The position numbers were made by a program, and so were the translations under genes. Positions 27,103 through 39,037 of a stretch of DNA of 64,000 bases are shown piece after piece. Under the pieces are notes generated by a model. That model was not told the DNA's origin. It ran no database searches and worked only from the letters and a program-made list of their open reading frames with translations. The stretch is from Ylistrum balloti (Eukaryota): contig NW_026781977.1 of the NCBI RefSeq assembly GCF_031769215.1, positions 868,001 through 932,000 of the forward strand, written 5' to 3'. Every line of letters begins with the position of its first letter. Within the stretch, counting starts at the first letter, position 1.

Positions 27103-27745
27103 TGTTTACATCAGCGAAGGTAAACAAAACATCTTGACATATCCTCCATACAGCAACTTTAGCATAGCTATAACCAAACCAGACAGAGGTGTATCGAAGG
27201 TAACATAGTGTGACGTCAGTATTGTATGTAGCCATAGAAACAGCGACTGTTCGACCTCAAAAAGGCTGGTCCACTTGGCTGATGACATCGCCAATAACGA
27301 ATGTTTTTTAATCAAGATAACTTTGAACATGCTATTTCGTTTGGCTGCAAGTTTTTTTTTCCTTAAACCGAATTTTAATATTATAATGCACGCCAAACTT
27401 CATTAACAAATGTAATATGCTGTTGTTGCGACAAGAATGTCCAGAAACAAAAATATTAATGTCATACTGCCGAGGATTTGAATAAACCTTTTTTATAAAC
27501 TAAAATACAGTTCCATTCCGATCATACGCCCAACAGACTGTGTTGCATTCCGTATATTTGGCTCCATTCTTTAAAGCATACTGAAGAGCAAACATACAGT
27601 CTTCTGTTCATACCCTGATGAAATAAGTGTGTTTTCTTGGTTTACCGACCTGTGAACCGTCTTGGTCTTTTTGAGACGGGTCGTCTTTAAGTAACAACCT
27701 CTTTCATCATCATGCGGGAGGCCCGTCCTGGTATAACTATCTAAG

Positions 27746-27945
27746 GTTTGTTGTTGCTTTACATCCTGTTAACAGCCAGGGTAATTTTAGGACGTACCAG
27801 GTTTGGGTGGTAGGGGAATTCGGAGTTCCCGGAAAACAACCACCGACCTGCCGAATGTCCCACGTAGGTTTGACCCCGCGATCAAGTGGCGGATAGCTAG
27901 TGATAAAGACGGCCAAATGGAAACCACTCGGCCACCATGGTCTCT
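27746..27945 (-). mobile_element. tRNA-derived SINE
   Basis: Minus strand begins ggtggccgagtgg (A box), then gggtcaaacc (B-box-like), a ggtggttgttttccggg core and an (AAC)-rich tail. No complete cloverleaf. Confidence 0.6.
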
Positions 27946-29221
27946 TGCCTTGCCAAAGGACGCAACCATGCTATTTTAAAATCATAAAAGATGTATTAAA
28001 AATTAATTAAATCATTTCAAGGTAATTTTATTTATTTTTCATCTGATAATACATATGTTACATTTACGGTTTTAGTTATATATCGCTGTCGTGTAAAAGT
28101 TGTATTTACTCAAATTTAAGTACATTTCAGTAACAGAAATAAGTTACAAATTTTATACTACATTTAATGACCAAGGATTTTCATAAAACATTAGAAACAC
28201 GACTTTATACTCGTCGTAAGAATAACGGCGAATTTATTTGAACAGACATTTCATCACCACGTATTTCTTTGCTTTGAAACATAAAAAATTATGGAAAATG
28301 TTATGATGGAATATTGCTAATTATCTTGTTATCAAATTTAAAAAAAATAATAATATTGGCTTTATTGCAATTAATCAGAATTGTTTTCTGAAGAGATAAT
28401 TCACCTAACCATAAAATTACTTTTAATATCAAAATTTCGCATAGGCGCTGCCCAGGTTTAATGATCTGGGGGCTTACCCTAAACTTAGCAACAGCACGTG
28501 CTGTTATTGCCGATAAGGCAAATTCATATCACAAAAAAAGCTATATCGCCCGGATTTTCAATTAACCCGTTTCGTTCTTGTGTCTGGAATGAATACATCA
28601 TTCCTATTTGATCTCGACTTCCGGAATTAATACATGGATTTCTTTGTTATCCATTCAACCACACAAAGGCGGAAAATGTCGCCCGTGAATTCAGATCAGC
28701 CACACTAAAGAACAGCCAAACATAACATTTGAGATTCTATGATTAATTTTCTGCTTATGGAAGCTATTTTTTTAATCTAGCGTACTTTGTTAGCAAGTCT
28801 TATTTAATTTGTTACTGGTATTTTTTTCCATTTTCTACCGTCTGAAGACTTTTTTTTAATCAAGAGTTACATTTTTCCAGGTAGCCATAATTTCAAAGAA
28901 GTATTGAATTCATACCTTGTTGATTAAATCTAAAACAGTTTATACATTACTTCATGTTCTTGTACAAACACAAGAATATGTCTATGATACAAACAGTAAA
29001 AAAGAAATCAAGATTCGAAATTTTCGATTAAACATATCCCAAAAAAATGTATCCTATTATGTACATACCTTAGGTTTACGAAATATTTCGTCCAATGGAA
29101 GAATCTGACACAAATATACAAGGAAACGCACATTGTATAGTAGTTTATAAAGCCTGTTCAATGACTTAAAATCCATTGAAGCATGACGTCGAGTTCCGTG
29201 TGAATTAAATTGATCTTAACA

Positions 29222-29405
29222 CCCGTGAGGCGTGACCTTTTCACACCGTGAAGCGCGACCTTGACTACCGTGAAGCGTAACCTTGACTACCATGGTGTCG
29301 TGACATTGACTACCAAGTGTCGTGACCTTGAGTACCATTAAGTGTAAACATGACCATTGTCGTGAGGTTTGACCTTGACTTGGTTACTATGGAGCGTAAC
29401 CTTGA
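29222..29405. repeat. ~22-bp degenerate minisatellite (ccgtgaagcgtgaccttgacta)
   Basis: About 5 clear copies decaying into looser copies on the right. Confidence 0.8.
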
Positions 29406-32400
29406 TTAAAATTCAGTGCACTTTGGTTGACATGCAGAGTGATGGCTTGTGATAAAAGTAAAACACAGGTATTACATGTAAATTCGATATAATGTCATAT
29501 TATACAATAACACAATGTCAACATTAAAATCTTTGGGTAATGAATGAAATGGACTTCGTATTTAAAAATGACTTTACGTTGAATACTCCTTAAATGTAGT
29601 GAGTTCAGTTGACGGTTCAGTGGAATAGGGTGCCAACGTATCGATGGACATAATAACGGACCGAGGGACGTTATAACCTTGTCTCTTATATAAGAAGTGA
29701 TATTGTATCGAGGTGTCACTGTTTACATACTGTAAACTTAATAAGTGTATATAAAAGATAGGCATTATATAAAAGAGCATGACTACATATTAGCGAGGAA
29801 GATAATAGACATTTCAGAGAGTTGACACTGACAGAATATCATGTATTTTATAGTACACAATAACGGCAGTCTATCGAGGTTTTATCGTGATATATCGTCA
29901 CTTAACGATGAAGTTTTGTGAATATTTTTTGTTCTTTATTTACAGGTGTAGTGTATACGCAGTATTTATCCTATAAACAATGAACACGTGACCAGTGATG
30001 AGAGATGGATTGTTGGCATTTTTTCAGCTTAATAATTAGACAAGCTTCAAACTCGCGGTGTCTGTATTGCCTACAATGAACTGGAAGTGTTCGAATATGT
30101 AATTTATACCATCATAGTACCGTATCGTGTTTTTCTCTGTAAATATGATGTTGTTACAAATTAAAATGATCTGAATATTAGTTCCGGTTTTCATGTTAAT
30201 TTTTCACGATACTCGTTAGGATGTTTTTATAGATGTTTTTAGTTCAACGGTAATTTTTTCGAAAAATCCTGTTTCATTTTAAAAGAGCAGTTTTGTACAT
30301 GTTTCATGGTCATTTTATTAGCGTTGTACATAAAGCACAAAGAGTTACAACCGGAAGTAAAATGGTATGCCAAGACGTTGTACATTTCCTATGTGGGTTT
30401 TACAAATGGAAGATACATACGTCGATATTAACTGTAAACTATTTTTGTAACATATTTTTGTTACGGTAAATTACAATATAAAACATTTTTTTCAAAAAAT
30501 AATACAAATACATTTGAAAACCCCTACAAATTATCCGTCATATATCGTACTTTTCGAAAGAAAAAAAAACGGAAGTCGCTTTATAATTACCATGACAGTG
30601 TGCTTCTCAGCATTATGCTGTCACCCTAACAAGTTGCGCTAGATACAGTATACTTATCTTTTTATACAGTGTTACCACAGCTATAAAGCAGTATATACAA
30701 TATCATGCCATCAACACACTTTGGAGTAGTTTCTTGCAACCGGAAGTTGCTATGTACACATCAAAATCACTTAAAGCAGAGTACTACAACAAGAGGAAGT
30801 CACAAGTATGATGTCCCATGCAGGTTTCATCAATATCATCTATGATGTGTTTAAATGCTGTGCACTAAATAACTGGTTAACATCGACAACCACTTCTTCC
30901 CGGTTTTGCGGTTTCTAATACTTGATATAAGCGAGATTTTCACGTCTTTGCAACAGCCTGGGTCTATAAGGACGGGTGCTAAGAGGTACACCAATAGTGG
31001 GAAGTTGAACACAGAACGAAGGTGTAAGATAGGATGTGAACCTTTACAACAACCAGAGACATACACCACCGGACAATGTCTGGAAGACCAAAGTTTTCAC
31101 AAATACACCAAAACGTCAGCAGTCGTCTGTTGGTGCAGTACTTTCACAGAAATAGACATTCTGTATTTTCAGCTATACTATTAGTGATTTTAAAATGAGA
31201 GAACCTTTCACATCTGAGCGCTGAACTTCAAAAGTCGTTTCCCCGTCATCGATGTCTATCTATTTATAAAATAAAGGTCATTGATTGGTTCTCTCCCACA
31301 TTTATACTTATAATGATGACCTACGTGTGACAAAATTATTCAGCATAATTGTAATGACACAAACGAATTTTTAAAAAACCACACGCACACAAAATGAATT
31401 TTTTTTCTTTCGAATTAAGGTGTGATTTATTTGCCTTAAGTGACATAGACATATTTCCACTTGGATAAAGAAATGCGGATATAAAGTATAAAATAATACC
31501 GTTCATTCTTGAGCGCGTAGATCCATGATTATGCATTCACGATGATATGAACTACAGCTGCGTTCAAACATTGCACAATATGAGTGGAGATATGTTTGAA
31601 TGAAACCTTTTTGTACCCGCTATAAAATGCAGTGCTTTTATTTAATGATGCATCTACAATTCATGCTTGTTGTAGTTTGTCTATATACGGGTTTACGCCT
31701 TCGCAACATCCTTTTGGTGATGGGTGAGGGGTTGGGAGAGGGATTGGGGAAGGTGCCAACACTGAATTTAATGCGCAAAAAAGAAAAAAGGCGAAAGGAA
31801 AACACAAACATGCCAAGTCTTGTAATGGACGAGACGGTTTAGGGTGTTTTCCCTGTCCATTTAAAAGGCACAGATGAAGGTAGCCTACAATTCCGAGCTA
31901 CGATAACCTGCAATTAGATACAGCTGGCCTTAATCTTTGGTAAAAAAAAAAGACGCGAAACCCTGAAACGAAACCTGCAAGAAACACCACCTTTTTCACC
32001 CCTTATGGGGCCTCTTTATTGTCTTAGAGACCAGATAATTCAAACATGTTAAAATTAAATGACATTGATGGAGGTTACATCGATTTGGAACGCGCTGTAA
32101 TTGTTCTGTCACGTCTACTAAGGCTTCGGGCCATAAATGGCGACTCTCCTTAATACGATATCACAACCCATTAAATCCTGTACCATCAACTCGCTGGAAA
32201 CATTTAAATTTTCGGTAAAAAAAGACGCATTCAATTATTATGATACCTTGTAAGGTCGTTAAACTTAATCAATTTGCAAGGTACATTGGTAAAAAAATCT
32301 TTGAAAAAATGTTCCTTATTTTTCGGTAAATGGTTCTAGTGACTTTTTTCCCTCGCGTTTGGAGTATTTGTTGTCGTGTGATACAGAGATGAGTGTATTA

Positions 32401-34439
32401 GCGTGACTACTGCACCAAACATAAACAGATATGAGATTACAAAAAGATGTTCATCGATTTGTAATGAAGAACCAGGCAAAATTCAAATTTAAACCAAATC
32501 GATAGATAACTTTGTTTTTGTGTTATTGTTATGCTGCACGCGAAAAGATGGGGAAAAAAACACGCACAGATATCAGTATCATTAATATATTAGCTTCGAG
32601 AATGAACAAGATTAACAGAATTTATCAACACAACGGTAAAAGTGCGCCATACTGATAAAATTCATTCAGCAGGATTTAAGGAAGGGATAAAACCATGGTA
32701 GAAATAGCTGAACGTTAGTAGTACAGCCGATATCATACAAAGATTTATATAAATATTTATATAATGCTACAGTCCAATTCCCTTGTATAACGATTGAAGA
32801 TATGCTATGTCTGTAGTTTTAATGTATACTAACGAGGGTAAGTTAAAAAAAGGACCCGTATTCATTTCAGAAGGGCTTTTATGAAGTATTACTTAAATAT
32901 ATCTTTAAAATTCTCCTATCTTCTGCCATACCATGAACTCATCACCATAAAATACATGTAAATGACATTAGACTTTTCCAGAAACGTAAAAATCAGGACA
33001 TTTCTGTTTGTATAATAAATAAATTGAGGATGTTAAGGTGCAACAGACACAGTAGCTATGCAAATAAATAAGTTGGAGGGCATGGACGTTCCTAAAAGTA
33101 TGTTTATGTATATTAAATTTAACATTTCTCATGCGAACTTCTAATCAAATACAGAAAGAAATTACAATCATAGATTTGAACGTAACTCGATCAGTGTCGC
33201 TCCTTTTCTCATGCTCACTGTAAATGGAATTGATTCGTTTTCATATCACAAAAATGGCCAAAACTTCTGCTCAATCCCTTAGTAACGTCACCAAAAACAA
33301 AACGAAAAAAAACACACACAAAACAAAACAAAATATTATTAATCATGTTTATTGACGTGAAGGATATATGACGTCACCAGTTCCAAACTAAGGTATCCAT
33401 TGTCTTAACATATGATGTTATTAACACAAGCAAAACTATGACGTCATCGATACATGACAGTCGTTTTTACCGACATAACATGTGACATCATCAATTTACT
33501 ACCATTCTATAAGGAAACAACACTACAAATCCGGACTAGTCTTGGAATGTGTTAAAACAGATATGAATCAATTTGTACTGGCAACAAAATTAATGATGTT
33601 TTTTTTCCAAGAATTCATGAAATCCATTCACAGTTATGCAGAAGAGCAAACATCTTGACCGCTAATCTATAATATTACTTTGTACTAAGAGATGAAAATT
33701 GATCTTCAGGAGGCATTTCCTAACATTTGAAAAGGCTCTGATATGAGAAATGTGATTTTCATGTTCGTTTTTTAAAAACATCAAATACAAAATTGATTTT
33801 GTTAGAGTAGAACCAGTTGTCTAATGGTATGGAGGTTATCTAATAATGGACCTTTATGCAGTGAAAGATAGAGCTTTGCTCAAGTTGATAAATTTTCATT
33901 GAGAGGAATTGACTGAAATCCATATCATTTTTTCTGGTTTTTTTTTTTTTTTTCTGTTTACATGGAGTGTGTAATCGATCCCTTCAAAGAAATACACAAA
34001 TCGGGATATTAGCTTATCAGAATAATATAAACAGTGGGATTCCTAGGAGACAAAGATCCATGGACAAAAATACTGTTTGTCAATACAAACTCTACCGTCT
34101 ATTAATTTCTATGTTGATTTTAGGCCCAGTAGAAAATCTATAGATATTTCATCAATTTAGGTGTTTATTACACATATATATGTAAATACATATCAATTCA
34201 TGGATTTTGAAAAATATTTTATATATATATTAAAATAACACAACTCTGCTAAAATCAAATTTGTATGCAAATAAATGTAAATTTCCCCAAACATTTTGGA
34301 TTGTGAAATAGGCTATCACAATCTTGGATTGTATACAGACAGGGGAATCATTTATAAGATTAAAATCTCCTATGATGAAGAAAATTTCCAGCTTTTGTTC
34401 AGGGACTAAAAGTGAGTGGGGGACTAGAAAATGACTGTA

Positions 34440-34701
34440 AGACTTAAACACCCACTCTGCCAAGTTTATTGTGAGGGGAGGTGGGTCAGTATTTACTTAT
34501 GACGTGGGTGACCTTGGCATTGACCTTTGGACCCTAAAACAATTCATCTCCCATGTATACTCATCACTGACAGTTGTATTGGGTTTGATCGAAATCTGAG
34601 GAAAATGTGAATGAATTGAATTGGAATGACAAGGACAGGTTGGGACAGAAATGGGCAATCCTATATACCCCCTCTCCATTTTAAGGCGTGGACATAAAAA
34701 T
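34440..34701 (+). mobile_element. pearl/HINE-like element fragment
   Basis: tgacctt motifs, tttgatcgaaatc, and a terminal atataccccc...gcgtggacataaaaa. Confidence 0.4.
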
Positions 34702-34809
34702 CAACCATGTCTCAATAAGGACTTTAGGTATATTGATATGTCTAATTTCTAAGTACTGATGTAGCAAACCTTTAATGTGCTGTACTTGTTTCTAATGTAC
34801 CTGTCCCTT

Positions 34810-35037
34810 TGACTGGGTTGGGTCTATCATTGTTTCTCATGTCCCTGTGACTGGGTTGGGTCTATCATTGTTTCTCATGTCCCTGTGACTGGGTTGGGTC
34901 TACCATTGTTTCTCATGTCCCTGTGACTGGGTTGGGTCTACAATTGTTTCTCATGTCCCTGTGACTGGGTTGGGTCTACAATTGTTTCTCATGTCCCTGT
35001 GACTGGGTTGGGTCTACCATTGTTTCTCATGTCCCTG
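34810..35037. repeat. 38-bp minisatellite x6
   Basis: Unit tgactgggttgggtcta(t/c)(c/a)attgtttctcatgtccctg starts at 34810, 34848, 34886, 34924, 34962 and 35000. Confidence 0.95.
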
Positions 35038-36660
35038 TGTACCTGGGCATCACACTGTTGACAAAATGTATTTCTGCTAGTGCAAAGGATGATTCCAGTT
35101 CTTAAGGTCAGAAGGCAAAATGGAAAAGTTTTTCATGGAAGTTTTGAAACTGACAATGGATAGTTCGATCTAGTGTATTATCAATGAATCTGTTTTTTTA
35201 TTAGTTTTTAATCCATTCATAAAATAGCAAAAACTAAGACTCCCTTAAAAGTAACAAAATGACAGTACACATGTGTGAAGCGTGGTCATACCTTTATACA
35301 GCGAACAAAAGAACTAGAAAGGTAAATATATTGCAAAAGTATACATCACACATCTAATTAATAATGCCCGGCAAACAAATAATATTCTCATTCATGTGTT
35401 TTTTTTGTAAACAGGTTTTGTAAACTATCACTGTTTGTTATGATTTACTTTAAACTTTTAAAGTCATTTGTTAGCATCATTGCATTGTTCATAAACTGTA
35501 CATATCTTTTTGCTTAAAAGAATTATAACTGAAATAAATCTCAGTTCAGAGAAATAGAGACATTTTAAGTGCCAAGTTCAGTTAAAAATGTAACATAAAC
35601 AAGAGGTCTAATGGGCCTGTATTGTTCGCATCCTCTGCAGCTCATTACTAGGAGGAGAATTCATTCTGGTAGCTGTTTATCCCTCATTTATACCATCTTA
35701 CAAAGCACACAGATGAAAAATTAAAAAATGGTCTTTTGGTTGTTGAAATGAAATGAGATTTTCACACATCTGACCTCCATGACCATGAACGGTGATCAAG
35801 TTACTTCATTTGATAGCCTTTCATTCTAACATGCTACAGGTCAAATGTCATAACCTTCATGCAGGTGACATAAAAAGCTAGATTTTCAAAAGCTGTCTCT
35901 TACCTCTGTACTTAACAACAGGATACTGAAATACAATACAGAATATGCTTTGATTTGTATGGCACTTAGCTACATAATTATGTCATGGTTTTAATGTCGT
36001 CATTTTAATCTATTGCTTATCAAACCTAACTGGTTATAATAATGAGGTCATTTCTAATCATAGTATCTGTACATTATGTGTAAAAGTCAGTACATTTCTA
36101 GGGTTATTTAGGTTACAAAGGTCATTGTGTCTAATTACTTAATTTTGCTATCTATAGTAGTTCATTTATGACAGATGTCATTTTTCTATGGATCCAGTTA
36201 CAATATCAATGACATCTTTATTTGTAATTATTTGTATTGATTTTCCGAATAACTGGTCATTTCAGTCCTTAATCGACTGACACTATTTCTAATGGTCAAG
36301 TTTTAATAGCCAGTTTGTCAGTACCATTGTATAGGTGATATAAGAGGATTTATGACTTTATTTAATGTCCTAATCTACAGGAAATCCATTCATGATTAAT
36401 TATACATCCATTTATAAGGTATATATATCCGAACATCTGTTCACCGTTTCATCTGCCAAAGCTCACTGCTAACTATTTCAAGATTCCCTTTCCTATTTTC
36501 TTTAAATTCACATTTCTTTATGTGTTTGTGTTGCCTTCGTCTTTTATTGATATACAATGTATTTTGGATATTTGGTGCCATTACAAAGTTTGTATCATTA
36601 AACATAATAAACACTTTTAAATGACAATGAAAATTTCAAAGACATTTGTATTGATTTTAT

Positions 36661-37060
36661 TCAAATGACTTAAGGCTATATGTTACCTTACATTGACATA
36701 GCTAGTTAAGGAATTAATTTTAGTTTTTTCAAATGACTTAAGGCTATATGCTACCTTACATTGACATAGATAGATGAGGAATTAATATTAGTTTTTTCAA
36801 ATGACTTAAGGCTATATGTTACCTTACATTGACATAACTAGTTAAGGAATTAATTTTAGTTTTTTCAAATGACTTAAGGCTATATGCTACCTTACATTGA
36901 CATAACTAGTTAAGGAATTAACTTTGTTTTTTTCAAATGACTTAAGGCTATATGCTACCTTACATTGACAAAGATAGATGAGGAATTATTTTTATTTTTT
37001 CAAATGACTTAAGGCTTTATGTTACCCTACATTGACATTGTTAGTTAAGGAATTAGTTTT
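36661..37060. repeat. 68-bp minisatellite x6
   Basis: tcaaatgacttaaggctatatg(t/c)taccttacattgaca... starts at 36661, 36729, 36797, 36865, 36933 and 37000. Confidence 0.95.
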
Positions 37061-37887
37061 AGTTTAGTCTAATGGTGATGAATTGATGACCAACATGATG
37101 ACTAATATTAAAACCATCATTAAGTGATGACATCACTGACATGCTTTAAAGGGAGATAAATCTAACCTGCACTAATGTGTAAGGCAGCATAATGCCTTAA
37201 ATACAATGGTACATATGAATTTTTGCAAAAAATTCCCAACATTCTTATATACTACATATCATTCATAATTCACACAAGTAATATCAAATTTTCAAAATGG
37301 ATTTTTGGTATAATCATGTTATATTCCAATCCTAATGAATTAAAATGGAAACAAAATAGCTTGGACATTAAGCTAGACTTAACAGGTATATCTATGTGGC
37401 ACATCAATATGGCTTTCTCATTTCTAAAAATTGTCTGCATTTTTATAGTGCTATGTTTATCTCAACATGGTTGCAAAATTCTGAAACAATATTTTTTAAG
37501 TACAAATGTAGTGTTCTGTATTCTCTAATTGCTGTAAATTTGATAACTTGAAAAGAAATGTACCTTCAAAATCACTGCTGTCCACTAAACCTCTTGACCT
37601 GGAATTCATTATCATTATTTTAACAAAATTATCATAATCAAGAATAACATCTATGGGTATTTTTAAAGTACTTTTTTCAACTTTTCAATATTTTTGATTT
37701 TTGAAATATGTGGAAAGTAACAATGACTCATGACCTATTGATTATTAAAGATGACAGTAACTGTTGCAAGGAGACAAGATAAGGTCAAAGGCCACCATAT
37801 AATGCACTCAACATGTTATCAAGGGAATTATAACACTAAATAATACATAGATGATTTAACCATCAAGTTATTCTAAAGCTGATTTAT

Positions 37888-38311
37888 AATCATGATTTGT
37901 TCGGTAATTGATCATGATTTGTTTGGTAATTGATTATGATTTGTTCGGTAATTGATTATGATTTGTATGATTAGTTTGGTAATTGATCACAATTTGTTTG
38001 TAATTGATCACAATTTGTTTGGTAATTGATCACAATTTGTTTGGTAATTGATCACAATTTGTTTGTAATTGATCACAATTTGTTTGGTAATTGATCGTGA
38101 TTTGTTTGGTAATTGATCGTGATTTGTTTGTAATTGATCACAATTTGTTTGGTAATTGATCATGATTTGTTTGGTAATTGATCGTGATTTGTTTGTAATT
38201 GATCACAATTTGTTTGGTAATTGATCGTGATTTGTTTTGTAATTGATCGTGATTTGTTTGGTAATTGGCAATGATTTGTTTGGTAATTTATCATGATTTG
38301 TTTGGTAATTT
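37888..38311. repeat. 21/22-bp minisatellite, about 19 copies
   Basis: Unit ggtaattgatc(ac/at/gt)(a/g)atttgttt. Confidence 0.95.
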
Positions 38312-39037
38312 GCTTACTGCATTTATCACTGCATGGACAGTCGGCCCATTTTAAGGGTAAGTGTTCTTGTAGTGCATAGCTTCTTGAGAAGCATGCCCCT
38401 CCCCTCCCAAGCCCCTAAGTAAAGTTAACCAATCCACAAATCTTTTTTTCGATCAACAATTTCTACAATATTTTCATCATTTACTGGTAATTTTCAAGTA
38501 CCAAGATGAAATACAGCAGTAATTATAACAAAGGAAAGGAGGTCAGACTGAAAGAAGAGAAACCATGACTGGTTACGATGGTAATTATATACATATCTGA
38601 TCAGGGAAGTTATCCCTACATGTATGTGTAGGAATACAAGTTCACTCACCATGGCAAAAATAGCAAAAATTTACTCTTTTAAAACAAAACAACCCAAAGA
38701 TATTTTCCTTGACTATCATTACTAAAGGTTTATTTTACATGCTTCAACTTTCTTTCTAGATAAAATATTCATATGAACATTTGAAGATGGTATCTGTTAA
38801 AACAGGTCCATTTTCCACTTCACAATAAATCAATGTGTAAAGTTGAGTGAAGGCAGCTAAAATTGATAAAAATCAATGATGGTGATTTTGAAATACATTA
38901 CAAAACAAGTTCACAAGCTTACAGGTGGCAGTTAAAGTTGAATTAATTTTCTTCTTTATCATGATCAAAAATTTAATTTTTGCAACATACAGTATCCATA
39001 AAATATCTTAGATGTTATAAATACAACACAACTAGCA

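Noticed and set aside
27880-27936. tRNA-like A/B boxes
   Set aside because: No cloverleaf; this is the head of a SINE, not a tRNA gene.
29946-30170. Acceptor followed by V*CIRS..., superficially like the Argos last exon
   Set aside because: In-frame stops and no CxC or terminal Cys conservation.
30843-31184. 92-aa Cys-containing + ORF (RRCKIGCEP...VVCWCS)
   Set aside because: No true ATG, no convincing splice sites and no recognisable family; may be a decayed repeat.
32382-32492. ECISVTT...YEITKRCSSIC, a Ly6/three-finger-like fragment
   Set aside because: Weak acceptor, no partner exons found, and the frame ends in a stop.
34810-38311. CRISPR-like appearance of regular repeats
   Set aside because: Units are head-to-tail without unique spacers, the DNA is eukaryotic, and there are no cas genes.
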